Positions 12,092-26,503 of a DNA stretch of 64,000 nt are shown piece after piece (the first letter of the stretch is position 1; each line of letters starts with the position of its first letter). A program made the translations under genes and the position numbers. This DNA comes from Eledone cirrhosa (Eukaryota): assembly GCA_964016885.1 (NCBI GenBank), contig OZ024741.1:123008001-123072000 (forward strand). Direction: 5' to 3'. The notes under the pieces are model-generated. The model ran no database searches. It worked only from the letters and a program-made list of their open reading frames with translations, and was not told the DNA's origin.

Positions 12092-15000
12092 AGCGCCGCA
12101 GCCCGTGAGAATTGTGGCTTCAATTACATGCCATGCGGCAAGAGGTTTCTTACCACTAACCGTGTTCCGTTGCAGAGACATGGTCGTTCCAGGTTCCTCA
12201 ACAGCACCATGGGAGTCCCAACTTTGACGCGCAGTTCATGAGGTGGCTGTCCAGAGAGGTCCAAGGAATTGAGGAATTCTGTGGGAAAATCGTCAACTTC
12301 ATCTTTGCGTTATAGAAAGTCCACATTGATTTTTGCAACGAAGACATTTTTGGGAGCCAATATGGCTCTATCACATAGCCAACTCGTGTTTTTGTAGTTG
12401 GTCGCCATATCGGGAAAGACAGAAGCTGTGCGGTCGTCAACAGTGTCGACAACGGTGCCTACTTGCGAGACTGCCATTTCTCCAGCTGCATCTGAAGGTG
12501 CAATGCTGTTAAGAGGTCCAACTGTTAAGAGGTCCTTTGAGAAGTCGGCTGCTGAGTGGTCGCCGAGCAGTTGGGCTTTCACGTTTGTTGTGAGGGTCAG
12601 AATTGTCACTTCCTGCCACAGGGGATATGACTTAATGCAAGCCCCCACAGTGTCGGCCCTGGTGGCTTTTGGAACAACTGGAAGAGTTTGTCGAAAATCG
12701 CCAGAAAGCAGTAGAGGTACTCCTCCCATCGGCCCGTTGCATTCCGTGATGTCTCCTAGGGTCCTATCTAACGCCTCAAAGGACCCTTTATGGGCCATTG
12801 TGCATTCGTCCCCCACGATTAGGTGGCATCTTAACAAGACTTCAGCTTTGTCAGAGTCCTTGGTGATGTTGCAGGTTATTGTGTCGTCTGAAGTCGTGTT
12901 GAATGGTAGTTTAAATGCAGAATGAGCTGTCCTACCTCCGGGCAGCAGTTGCGGCAATGCCAGAAGAAGCCACAGCCAGGGCGATTCCTTTCTGCTGTCG
13001 CACTTTGGCGAGGAGGAGTTTAATGACGAATGTTTTACTTGTTACTCTTGGGGCATCCAAAAAGAAGATAACTCCTGTGCGTTGACGAATGGAAGTGCAA
13101 ACTGTGTCATACGCCCGCCGTTGGTCCTGCAACAATTTCGGCTCGTTTTCGTTGATGAACAGTTGGGGGGCATGGGCGGCGTAGGCAGTTTCCTGAATTA
13201 TGCCCGTCGGAAGTTTGTCCGAGCCCGTTCGCTGAACTTTTGGCAGTCCATAGAATGGAAGGTAATTTCAGCCGGCAGTTAGGATTTTGTCCTCGATGTC
13301 AATGAGAGCTTTGTTGAAGAATTCGTCGCTGAGCCGTACGTCGGAATGAGGGAGTAGCAGTTGTCCTTGATGTATGTAGTCATCGGAAAGGTCCTCTTTG
13401 TATTTGTCCCATAAGGATGCAGGGCCGCTTAACTCGCGTGTCTGCAGTAGCACCGCAAAGAGTTGCCGAAGAGTTCGCAGTGAGCTTATTGTAGCTACAT
13501 CCGCCAATGTCGCATCCCACTGAGCACCATGTTCCAGTAGATCCCATCTTAGGCAGGCTGCGCGGAATGAAGTACAAAGCTCTACGTTGATTGTTGTCAG
13601 ATCGTCGAAAGATGTTGGTCCTACCACCTCATGCAGTAGAAGGCGAAGATAAAAGCATTCCTGTTGGTTAGGATGTAAGGTGTACACTCTCCTAAGGGTA
13701 GGGGACATTTTAATGTCTGGATATCCCTCGACGAGTTGTCGTTTCACCCTTCTTAACCAAATTCCGTTGTCTGTGTTCCATGTGTAGTATGATGGTACCT
13801 GAGAGTAGAAGATGGTCTTGGCGAAGGGATCGTTTCGGCATAACTTTAAAAATGCCGTAATGTCCTAGGGTTCCTCTGCTATCTCAGCAGCGGTGGAGGC
13901 GGTGAAGTAGACTCTTTGACCGTTTTCAAGGTGCACCGCCAACTGTTTGATTGGGGGGGTATTTATGGTGTATTGCAAAGTGGAAGAATCGCCAGAACGC
14001 TTCATTGCTGCTGATGTATCGGCCGACCTGGTATCGAGTTACTGCGTCTCAGTTATTCTCCATTGTAAGGCCCAAGAACGCAGCATCGGACCCCTTATTG
14101 ATGTACTTGCAGACGTACTTTATCGATTTGACGGAGTGGAATTATTCAACGTTAATGTGGGCGGTAAACAATTTAAGCAGAAGTGGGCAGTAGGGTACAA
14201 TCCACCGGTTGTCGACGTTGTGATGTGGTGTTTTCGCAACAATTCCTCCCTCCGCTGGCTCCCTGCGGCGGCATAATCGATAACCGTCGCCACCTGTACG
14301 AGTTTCTCGGAGGAATGGCCTATGATACCTCTTGGTGCACCTTCTTTCTTTAATGCATGGCGAATTCATGTTGAAACCGTTTCCGCATGGCCCATGAACC
14401 ATGTGAGCAGTGACGATGTTGTAGAGTTCTCTGTTCAATTTTGGGTCGGGTATTTCTGCTGAAATGATGCTGTCAATGCTGCTTCGTTGATTATCGTTAT
14501 CAGCCAAATGAGTAGGTGAGCGTGTGGCAGGCCTATCTTTTGCCACTCAACGGTGTATACGTAGAACCTAACAGGTCCAAAGGCCTTACCTGATTTAAGG
14601 AGTTCAATAAGTTTTGTCAATTTCAAGTGAAAGTCTCGTGCCGTAAGGTCGTGTCTGTCTGACGCCCTTTGTCCGGGGAATAATTCCGCGGTAATTTCAC
14701 ACCACTTAGGGTTGCATGTTGAAGTGATGAAGAGATTCGGTCTGACGTAGAGACGCACGTACGACATAGCATCCTGTGTGCGTTCACTCACACATGTATC
14801 GGAGACTCCCAATGAAAGTCGACGGAAGGATACAATGTTTTTCTAGGTTCACGGGATCGACGTCATTCCTTACTCCATCCCGTAAGTGAATGTAGCTCTC
14901 CGAACGAAGGCGTGTTTGATTGCTTCTTATGTAGCCCATCCTTTCAGATTCCATCTTTGCGCACGCATCTAAAGCAGGCTGGTTGAAGAGTACTCTTGCA

Positions 15001-16378
15001 CGGTGGAGTTGGTTAAAGCAGCATTCGCGGACCATGAATCGGTAGGTGTAGAATTGCATAGAGGAAACAGTTTTGTTGCTGTTGCACAAAGGAATTCCAA
15101 AGTGGTATCCGTCGTCACCGAATAGGAAAAGTAGGGGATATTGTAATGCGTCGTAGGACCTATGCGTCTCGATGATCCGTTGCAGAGTATTGTCCCTACA
15201 CTGAAGTATGATGTCCCGCTTGTTGTACTGTTCTCCATGAAGAAGCACAGCTATTTCACTGCACGTGGGAGTGTTAAAACGTCCGACGTGGGTGACTGTC
15301 AGCGTCGATTATAACAGCAAATTTTGGCACCGGAGCAGCCTCCAATGCGCATTTAAAACTGCGAATGTAGTTGTTGTTTTCGTGCAGCATTCTCTGGAGT
15401 TGCAACAGAATGTTCATGTCTGTGCCAGGAGAAATTAAAGCGCGTCGTTCCGCTTGGTCCAAATAGTCAGTGACAAAGTATAGCTGTAGGAACTTGGGCT
15501 GTCCGTCTGGCTTGGGCAGTAGCGAACCGATTCTCTGGTAAATTTGTCATTGAACTTTAAAGGTAGGCATGAAGCCGTCCTCGCGTATAATGTTAGCTCC
15601 GAAAGATGTCATTTGGAAGGCAGCGTTGTATCTCCTGGAACATTGAAGGAAGTGTTCCGACTCCGCTGTGCCACCGGTCAGTAGAGACTTCAAAGGTTGT
15701 GGTGGTTCCTGTAGAGGAGGCAGTCTGCCATCAGAGCAGCATATCCCTGAAGTTTCCCAAGGCCATTTTTTTGCCCTACAATATTGGCAAATGACAGACA
15801 TGGATCCAATCTGATCTTCTGGCATCAGTGCATAGTTTACTGTTGGGTTATAGTGGAAACTTATGAGACCACTGAGTGCAACTGATTCTCTGTGTACCAC
15901 GTTTAGCACTCCCGCGGAGTGCGTTAGCGTTTAGCCATTGTAATTGAATTTGCGCAGTCTCTGATCCGTGAACGGAAGCTGTTGATGCGGCGTCCGTACG
16001 TTGACGTCTGGAACGCTCCCCTTCGTCCTCGGCAGCACATAACGCAGCAGTTGCGGCGGCATCTCTTCGTCGTCTGTAACGTTGTTCTTCGTCCTCACTG
16101 TGACATGCCACAGCGGTGGAGGCAGCATTTTTGCTTCGTCGTCGAGAATGTTGTTCATCAGTTTGCGCTGCACGTGCAACTGCAGTTACAAATGCATTTC
16201 CAGAAAGGCGGATGCTCCTCTTTTTTTCTGTCTCGGTTGCCCGGCTAATTGCATTTCGAGTTGCATTTTGTGACAACCGAGTCAATATTTCGACGGACAA
16301 CTCTGTAGCTCTTCATTGTTTGGCAGCAGAAGCAGCCTTAGTTTGGCGACTAAGTCGTGGTCTTTTTTTGTGTGGCAT
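12092..16378 (-). pseudogene. Helitron RepHel (HUH Rep + PIF1-like helicase), many frameshifts
   Basis: Zn motif CQYCRAKKW...CCSDG; Rep motif 1 PNLFITSTCNPKW; HUH motif VEWQKIGLPHAHLLIW; Y2 motif SIKYVCKYINKG; helicase motifs FFLDAP..TSKTF, GDECTM, GDFRQTLPV, LCNGTRLVV. Confidence 0.93.
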
Positions 16379-17417
16379 GACCGTAGATTCAAAGAATGTG
16401 TTTAGTAGCGAAAATGTTCAATTGAACATTGAATTAGTTTAAAGTGAGTACTATGTTGTAGCAGGACCGAACACGTAAATATTTATGCAGGTAATGGAGC
16501 TGGAAAGGTGGAGTAGCCACAAATTACAATTGAACGGTGAATAAGTGGAAAGTGAGTACTAAGTAAGATTTATGTAAAATTCACGTCAAATAATAGGTCA
16601 AACCTGTAAGCATAACCTTGAGTTATAGCACAAAAGAGCCTAAACAGGGGCGTTATTTTGGAGCACACTGGAAAATAAATCATCGAAATCGGATGTTCGT
16701 GAAAAAAGTTTTCTCGTTAATTTTTTGTCTCATATTGAGAAAAACAAAGAAAGAAAATTACAAAAAGGATAACAATAAAATATAATGTCTTTGTTGAGAA
16801 TCATGTAAATAAATGCTTAAGCGTCGTTATTGTTACGTCTATTGTTTTATAAATTCATCTGTTGCTTTGGAATATTTGTTATTTGATGTAAAATTTAAGT
16901 GTGTAAAATGAAACGTTGAGAGAGCAGTATGTATTTAGTGTTATCGGCTTTTTAAATGTTGATATTTGATGCATGAGTGTCTTTATGACTATGTTTGTTG
17001 TTGTATAAAATGATGTGTTGCTTAGTTATCAAAGTTTATTTCGCGTTACCGAACGAAGAGGGGGGAATAGAGGGAGTGATGAACCTTTTAAAGAGAGTTG
17101 CAGAGGAGATTGAGAGTGGAGTAGAGGAAAGGATGAACGTTTTAAAGAGAGTTGCAACATGTATGTAGTTTCATATATTTTTGATGGTAGTAGTGAGAGG
17201 AATGAAGCGTGTAAGAGAGAGAGTTACATCATGTATTTAGTTTTATCGATTTCTTTTCGTAGAAGCAGGAAACTTTTGGCAAAAACAATTACGCGTTGAC
17301 CTGCCCTGGTAAATTTGGAGCACATTGGAAAACAATCATCAAAATCGGTAGAGAAATGTGGAAATGCATAAAATTCATACACACAGACAGACATCTACCT
17401 TTTTATATATATAGAGA
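12092..17417 (-). mobile_element. Autonomous-type Helitron, decayed, 3' end lost
   Basis: 5' end A|TCTCTATATATATAAAAAGG...GTCTGTCTG at 17417. The RepHel coding region is cut inside the helicase at about 12092. Confidence 0.9.
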
Positions 17418-17433
17418 TAATATATATATATAT

Positions 17434-17465
<32 letters not shown>

Positions 17466-19114
17466 ATATATATTATATATATATATATTATATATATAAA
17501 TATATATTATATATATATATATATATTATATATAATCGTTAGTGTAGAAATAGTTAATTTAAGAATTAGCCTTTTCCATTGGGCATATGGTAACTGTCTA
17601 ATGCAGTCTTCTAGATAGGGGTATTAAATAACTATTTTCTAATAAATTCCAAAGAATACCTTATAATTGGTGTCGTTACCTCATCATTGCTTTCATTGTA
17701 AATAAATTTCATACTGTAAATATCGTTTATTTGATTTTCACTAGGTGGGAATATATCTTGTATTTAGCTGGATATATTCCTTTGAAATGATTCAAATGAA
17801 TTACTTTTACATACCATATTTTACTATAACTAGAATGCTTCAAGTGGCTAGGCTCGAATGCGGCTAGGCTCGAACTTAAATATTGAAAATATTGTGTATG
17901 AAATCTATTTGGAAACTCTTCCATTTCAGTTGATATTCAATAAAGTCATATAGTATAATTGATTCAACAAAATAGATCTGAACAACTATACAAATTGGAA
18001 ATCTATAGCCACAATATCTCTTTATACGTCAAACGAAAATTACTGTTTAAATCTATTGGCGGGATATTTGTGAATAAGACTGAAAAGCTTAGGGAAGAAG
18101 GATATCTTGTATTCTCATTCCGTAACGCCTATGAAACCGGGTTTCGTCCAACATGTGTCAAACATATATTAGAAACCATAGATGTATCACTAACAACGGG
18201 AAAGAAATGAACCAGTTAATTGTTGCCTCTAAAGATTTACAAAGTTTAAAAAAAGTAAGTTTATGTACAGAAACTGTTTACAAAACATATATTATATGTT
18301 AGATCATATAGGTGAAGAGAATTGTGGTTTGGTGGCTCAAAGGTGTAACGAATAAGTGCCAAATGTTTGCCAACTCCGCTGAAATGGTAAAACAATATTA
18401 TCAAAATACTGACAGTAATGGCAATTATATATTCTTTTAGGAACTACTTGTTGCATGTTTGAAGTCAATTTCGAGGAATAGAAAACGTGTGAAATGTAAA
18501 GAATAGATGACAGGGACGCGAAATTAAAAAAAGAACCAGAATATATCAATATATTTCTGAAAATAGCAAAGAGAAATGGTGGATGTTGGGTGGAAGGAAA
18601 TATTCTGAGGAAAAAGATAGAAGAATCAATATGTCTTGGACCTCTGACAAATAGACGTTGGCTGTAAACCTTTCGAAAATCTCTAACTACTATATATATG
18701 ACTTTTAAAGAAATTTCTAAATTCATATATTCGTTTACTGGTTTCATTCATTAGACTTCGGATCTGATGGGGTACCTTCTTTTTAGCAGGTATTTCTCAA
18801 GAATTAGCTACGTAGTTTATCGATCTCTTAGGTCCAAAATAATAACGGTCGCATACATGCATATACATATACATATAATATATATATATTGGGTCATCAA
18901 GTATGAAATTTGTAGAAAAAACACATATGCCATACATTTCATACTTTATATATATATATATATATATAAATGTAATCTGAGTATTACGAATATTAATAAT
19001 AACATTCGATTCGTTTGCAATTATGCAAACAAGCCTCAATTTTAAAGCCATGTCAGTAGAATGAATCCTTCATTCTTGCTCTTGTGTTGGCAGGTAAACA
19101 GAATATATATATAT

Positions 19115-19310
19115 ATTATCCCGGATTCAATCAGGGATAACCACAGTAAGTAAGGTACTCAATACATAGCAAAGTATGAATATTTATAGAAATATAGAAA
19201 TGGCTTTTACAGGACTAGAAATGGTTCATTCGGAGAAATCATCAGGAAGCCCTTATAATTTCTCTCGAATGAAACAGTTCTAGTCCTGTAGAAGCCATTT
19301 CAATATTAAA
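19115..19310 (-). mobile_element. Short PLE pLTR-derived fold-back element with a degenerate hammerhead (same family as 33398-33680)
   Basis: Inverted repeat 19195-19245 / 19258-19305. Minus strand reads ggcttc CTGATGA tttctccgaat GAAC...ctg TA aaagcc. Clearly homologous to 33400-33530. Confidence 0.7.
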
Positions 19311-19339
19311 TATATACATATCTACCTCTCTCTCTCTCG

Positions 19340-19377
<38 letters not shown>

Positions 19378-19404
19378 TCTCTGTTCGCCAAATATATATT
19401 TTAA

Positions 19405-19458
<54 letters not shown>

Positions 19459-20809
19459 TAGAGGGGGGATATAAAGAGAGATAGTGTGAGTGTATATATG
19501 TGTGTGTTTGTGGGGGGGGGGGGTGTATGTGTGCGTGTGTGACTGCGGTGCAAAGACAGGAAAGACTATAAATGTGAGTAGTACCTTATATTATGAACCA
19601 AGGTGACCCCACCAGTTTGTGTAGCAGATTTGTCTAGACAACACTAGAGATAAACGTTAACTTACCTCTTATTTGTAAATCTGAACGTTTATGATATTAT
19701 CAAAACATTTCTAGTGTTTGAGATGAAACGACTACAACCCCTCAAATAAATCAAATGTGTGACGTTATTTTGAACGAAAATAAATTTAAATAGAAACATG
19801 TTAATACTGAAGAGTTGAAAGAATATCAATGAGATATGATAATTTTGAAATATTGAACAATGAACGACGAAGCAAAAGCAAAACAAAAGAATACTCATAT
19901 CAAAGAGCCTAAGATGGAAAGATAGATAAACTGATAAAGTTTAACTTCCTATAAATATTTTATTCGTGTATTTGTGTATGAAACACTATCTTTCTATATA
20001 TAACTAATTTCCTACGCGCTCTCTCTCTCACTCTCTCACCCCCCCTCTCTCTCTCATTTCACTCTTTACCCTTTCTCTCATCTCCCTTTCTCTTCATCCT
20101 CGGTCTCCCGCTCTCTCCCTTTATATATATATATTTTACATATATATATACATTTATAGATATATGTTGTGCCCCTCATAACTATATGGTCATGTATTTG
20201 TGTGTCAAATCACACAGGCGGTAACAGTGAGGACATATATATATAGCGGTGTCCAGGACAGGTAACTCTTTTATTCTCTATTTATTTCTCTCTTACCCCT
20301 CTTCTCCACTATTGCCAACACTGCTGCTGCACTTCCTTCAGAATACGATAGAGCCTTTTCCGTCCCTGTCGCAGCCCATAGTGGACACGATTCTATTTCT
20401 CCCATGTTTTGTTTTCTATACACACATTACAACAACAGAAATGTTTATTCTGTTGCACAGGCTAACCTTGAATACATAGATCATCCTCCTAACCGCGTGA
20501 AATCATGCCGTTAGAGGGACGCTGAAGTTCGTTATTGTATGTTTTTCAATGGAACTTTCTCCTCTGTTATCCGATTCTTAAATCTCCATATCAACATATA
20601 TACTCTATCACTAACATGTCCCCTTTTTTTCTCTCTCTACCTCTCCGGTCTCTCACCATATACTATACACTCTATACCATTTGTTCTCTCTCTCTCTCTC
20701 CCTTTCTCGGACCGCTTTTCCATTCATTAAGAAGTTATGTTTAAGGATAGTGTAGCAGTTGGCTATTTCATAGCAATTTCCGCCATTCAGATTCCTACAA
20801 ATTTACGAT

Positions 20810-20898
<89 letters not shown>

Positions 20899-21083
20899 TA
20901 TATGTATATATATATGTATGTATAATACAATATGTTGAAAAGATAACACACCAGAGAGAGAGAGACAGAGATTGCACCGTCAATCAAACAGGGAAAAACC
21001 ACCAGTGTATGGAATCTATAACCCATGGAAGGCAGAGTAGACACACGATAATTAAAAGCATAAATTAAAGTGTAAATACAAAT

Positions 21084-21234
<151 letters not shown>

Positions 21235-21665
21235 TTATTGGAAAAAGAAAGGATGTTTTTTCCCGTAGAAAATGTTGAAAGCAAATTGTTCTTCTTTCAG
21301 TGAAGTGTCAAAACATTATTTAATTTATTTATTTATTTACAGTACCGTTTTCAGCATTTTGTGCATTGTCAAATTGTCGTAATGTAGATGTGGATTTGTA
21401 TAATTGTACTAAATTGTGGAACAAACATTATTTATGAGAATAGTAAAAATAATAATGATGGGGGGGGGGGGGGTTAAGAGAAAATATTATGAGTTGGTAG
21501 ATCCACCAACTCATAATATTATAATATCATAACATTAAATCATACATTTTTTAACACTACAAGTGAAGTCATTCTTTTCCTTTTTCAAATATACCTAACT
21601 GTACCAAGGTTCTCACACACTTTCCAATATATATATATATATATGAATATATATATATATAAATG

Positions 21666-23189
21666 AAAATACTCGGCGTGGCTTAATTCGCCATGGGGCT
21701 CGGGGCGCGCCGGTGTTTTAACCGCCACATAGTACCTTTAAATTACAGAACAAATCGGAACTATTAGATATATCAACCTGAAAGTGTTAAACTGTTGAAC
21801 TTTAAATTTTCTAGCCTCTTTAATATTGAATATTGATTATTAATTTTTTAACTTCATCCTATAAGTCTAAACATTGTAACACACTGACCCCCAATATATT
21901 CACCTCTGCTAAGATGCGGGTCCCTGTGAAAATTTTCTCGCGCCACTCCTGACCCGACTGTGGTGTGACATTAATATCGACCTTCCTTCCTCTCTCTTTC
22001 TATCTTCCTTCTTGTAGCCATCAACCATTACTCTTCTACTTCTCTAAGCAAATTTTAAAGTTCCAACTTTCTGTCGGACTGTTGGGTGGGTTTTAATTGC
22101 GGCGCGACCAGCTCCCTGGCGCACGAGCTTACCTGGAGTGCTTGGAAAAATAAATTTCCCCTTCTTTCGGTAAATGAATATACTCGGCGTAGCTTAATTC
22201 GCCATGGGGCTCGGGGCGCGGCCGCTGTTTTAACCGCCACATAGTACCTTTAAATTACAGAACAAATCGGAACTATTATATAATAAAATGTTAAACTGTT
22301 GAACATTAAATTTTCTAACCTCTTTAATATTGAATATTGATTATTAATTTTTTTAACTTCATCCTAGAAGTCTAAACACTGTAACACACTGACTCCCAAT
22401 ATATTCATCTCTGCTAAGATGCGGGTCCCTGTGAACATTTTCTCGCGCCACTCCTGGCCTGACTGTGGTCTGACATTAATATCGACCTTTCTTCCTCTTT
22501 CTTTCTATCTTCCTTCTTGTAGCCATCAACCCTTACTTTTCTACTTCTCTCTTCTCTTCCCTCTCTTCTCCCCTCTTCCTGTCTTCCTCCCGCAGACTTA
22601 TCTTCCTTACCCCCTCTTGATTGCCTATATCTGACCGGTAGTAGTTGCATTTCTTCTTTTAGCTGACATTAACCCTGGCTTCTCTTCTTCTTTCCTCTCC
22701 CTTCTTCTCTCTCCTTCCTTTCTTTCTTTCTTTTACCTTGTGTCATGAGATTGACGTTAACTTATGTTCCCATCCCTTTCTGTTTTCGTTTATCTGACCG
22801 GTAGTACCATACTATAAACTTTAGCCACGTCACTCCAGGGCGACCGGCTGAGGTTGAAGGAACAGAATAGCGGTCGCCCTCGGGTCTTCGATTTTCAGCC
22901 CCATGGATTTTATCTATTACATTCACGTATTATATTTCGAATACCTGATATCACCGGATTCATACGGAACCCGGTCATTGAAATGATCATAGTATAATAA
23001 ACCATTCAAGGATTTACACAAATCCACCCTCCTGTCATTTCATTATAATATTTAACTCCGTCATAGCACCACCAACTACAAAAACAAAGACGGTTGAACT
23101 GCATTACGTTGAGTACTCTCTATATTATTACATTACGATTGACCATACGGAATAGACCAGCTCTATACAGTGGTGAACCTCAAACCTGA

Positions 23190-23190
<1 letters not shown>
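21666..23190 (+). mobile_element. Non-coding element with an internal ~511-bp-period duplication and a degenerate hammerhead (PLE pLTR-like)
   Basis: 21671-22046 is repeated at 22182-22550. The element is flanked by (TA)n and has an HHR-like fold at 22941-22995. Confidence 0.55.
22941..22995 (+). ncRNA. Degenerate type I hammerhead ribozyme
   Basis: atac CTGATA(T) caccgg...ccggtcatt GAAA tgatca TA gtat. Stems I and II pair, stem III is palindromic, and the core lacks G8. Confidence 0.55.
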
Positions 23191-23220
<30 letters not shown>

Positions 23221-23221
<1 letters not shown>

Positions 23222-23458
23222 AGAAAGATCGTATTTCGAAAGAATTACGATTTTAGGAAGCCGTAGCTATGCGAACACCGGGGGTCTGACGCCCTCTGGT
23301 GATGTACAGCAGATGCAAAGGGGACAACCGTCTATGCATTTCAGGCTTGACTGGCCATCGCCAGGACGACCTCTCCCACTACTCTGCGACTGCTGGACTT
23401 GAAAACAACCGAGAATATATAGTTTTCTTGTCTGTGTAACTGAGGTGATTAATCTCAT
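23221..23458. mobile_element. Truncated MITE copy, opposite orientation to 23541-23882
   Basis: Reverse complement of about 23643-23880. Confidence 0.75.
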
Positions 23459-23540
23459 TTACATATGAAGCAGCATAAGTTGGCTCAACTTATAATAGAA
23501 AAGAAATAGGATTTCGCATCAGGCATATCTGTATACAATA

Positions 23541-23882
23541 TGTATAGAAATTTCGTATTTCGAAAGAAATACGATTTTAGGAAGCCATAGCTCTGCGAAC
23601 ACCGGGGGGCGAATGCCCTCTGGTGTTGTCCAGCAGAAGGAAGAGATTAATCACTTCATTTACACAGACGAGGAAACTATATATTCTCGGCTGATTACAA
23701 GTTCAGCAGTCTCAGATCAGTGGGAGAGGTCGTCCTGACGATGGCCAGTCAAGCCTGAATTGCATAGACTGTTGTCCCCCTTGCTTCTGCTGGACAACAC
23801 CAGAGGGCGTTAGCCACCCGGTGTTCGCATAGCTACGGCTTCCTAAAATCGCATTTCTTTCGAAATACAAAATGTCTATACA
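23541..23882. mobile_element. MITE with ~98-bp terminal inverted repeats
   Basis: tgtatagaaatttcgtatttcgaaagaaat...cagcagaag (23541-23639) is the reverse complement of 23785-23882. No coding capacity. Confidence 0.82.
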
Positions 23883-24358
23883 TCTATATATATAAAGCTG
23901 TGGTTGTCTGTCTGTCTATCGATTTTTGGCACACATCTCCTCTTAGAATCTCTGACGGAATTGCACCGAAATTGCTATACTTGTACATTGAGCCCTAGCG
24001 AAGACATCGGAAAACAAATATTTCAAATTGACCCACCCTATGTGACGAAATCGAATCTAATGTATCGATTTTTGAGCGTAAGTGACGAGTTATTTCCTTT
24101 TGTTCTGTTTACATTGAGCGTCTTACGTTCTGTTTACATTTTCTGCGTGCAAAAATAAAAAAAATTACGCTAGCTTGGTTGTCTGTCTGTCTATCGATTT
24201 TTGGCACACATCTCCTCTTAGAATCTCTGACGGTATTGCACCGAAATTGCTATACTTGTACATTGAGCCTACAGTTTTTAAGCCAAAAAAGAAACTTAAC
24301 ATTGTAACTTTAACACAGCTACTGAGCGACCCCGAGCAACGCCGGCCTTTACTGGTAG
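23883..24358 (+). mobile_element. Non-autonomous Helitron (rearranged copy of the 39246-40197 family)
   Basis: A|TCTATATATATAAA 5' end; 3' hairpin cccgagcaacgccgg followed by ctggtag|T. The 5' segment is re-duplicated at 24177-24270. Confidence 0.85.
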
Positions 24359-24426
24359 TATTGTATAAAGCTATGCTTGAAGCGAAATCCTATTTCTTAT
24401 ATATATGCATGTATCCACACACACAC

Positions 24427-24613
<187 letters not shown>

Positions 24614-24696
24614 AATATAAAACAAAACCAATAGCGAAGAGTGCAGTACAAAGTGTTAGTATTAGTTTAAAAAGTGTTAGTATTTACGCTTGAGAG

Positions 24697-24742
24697 TGGG
24701 GCGGGGGATGACGTTTCGGACATAAGCCCTTCATCAGGAGAA
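24697..24742 (-). ncRNA. Minimal hammerhead-like motif (stem I not recoverable)
   Basis: Minus strand: ctc CTGATGA agggc ttat gtcc GAAAC GTC. Confidence 0.5.
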
Positions 24743-24789
24743 AAGTGTGCAGAGTTTTTGCCAGTGTGATATACATTACTTCCTCGGTC

Positions 24790-24854
<65 letters not shown>

Positions 24855-25204
24855 GACCGAGGAAGTAATTTATATGACACTGGCAAAAAGGCATACGTGT
24901 ATGTAACTTTCAATACACACAATCGGAAAATATACGTTCACAAACTCTCACAAAACACACATAAACATCAGACAGAATCAATTAAGAGGATCTAAGAATT
25001 GGAAGCCTAAAACCATCAAAGATAGGGACATGAAACATTGCGGAATAATAATTTAAAATGTAGTTTACGCACTATAAAGAGAAGAAACAGAGGAAGCGAC
25101 AGAAGAGAAAGCTGAAATCAAACATTTGATTATATATATATATATATATATATATATTGAAACGGAGTCACCGTATCTGATAAGATATATATATATATGT
25201 ATAT

Positions 25205-25283
<79 letters not shown>

Positions 25284-25724
25284 AAAATTAAGATTATATA
25301 TATATATATACGTAATAAACGTAAGAAAATTAACGAAGAGAAAAAAGAAAGACAACGAATGAAGACATGGCAAGACGAACAGCAGTTTTTTGATGGGGAA
25401 ACTAAAGACAGAAATCCAGAGTCTTCAGGCTTTGAGATGGATATTGGCTGTTTTGACGCCTACCAACGGCACTGCTGGTCCATCCAGGGTCATAACGTCT
25501 GACATCCCAAAGCGCTGTACATGGAGTAAAGAAACAAGACAAAACCGAAACTTATGGAAAGTAAACGATAACATGCTGCACATAGAATTTTATGTTACGT
25601 CAGCGAGCCTAGGACACTTTATTTCACGTTGCTTCTTCTACCTGGAGTTGCGACCGATATATAGTATTAGCAATTGGAAAGATCAACGGGAACATAGTTT
25701 CCTCGGTCCGATTTGACGAAAGTC

Positions 25725-25790
<66 letters not shown>

Positions 25791-26096
25791 ATAATACTAT
25801 CATATTATATATATATATATATATAATAATAATACTATCATGCATTTAAAAGAAATTCTGTCTTTTTTCTAATTCTACATTGTACATACATTTTGTTTTA
25901 TTTATAAAGACGGCCTGACAATTGAAATTTAATAAACATTCTTTCATTTCTTTTTCCAAGCATTAGACTAATGCCTTCCATCAATATGACTTATTTTAAT
26001 GCAGATGTTGTTTGTGGTTTATTACTTATGTCGACTCTACTTGATCTTGGACTATAGATGTATATATATATTTATATAACCACACACATATCCCTC

Positions 26097-26167
<71 letters not shown>

Positions 26168-26432
26168 GATAGATAGAGAAAGAGAGCGAGAGATATAGGA
26201 GAGAGAGATAAAGTGATTGTCTGTAATTTAATACAGCCAAAACGGCGCATAATCGTAAAATAGTTTGAAAGGATGTTGTCCCTGAAATGGGAATACACAT
26301 GAAATAATACAAATTTGGTATAATTTGGGGCACGGGTTCCCGAGATACGGGGTTCTTCCAGGTACTTTCATAAAGAGAGAAAGATAGAGAGAAAGAGATA
26401 GTGGTTGTGAGAGAGTAGATTGAAAGAGAGAC

Positions 26433-26503
<71 letters not shown>

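Noticed and set aside
2646-16442. Plus-strand ORFs overlapping the LINE and Helitron coding regions
   Set aside because: Antisense shadows of GC-richer transposon ORFs with no recognisable motifs.
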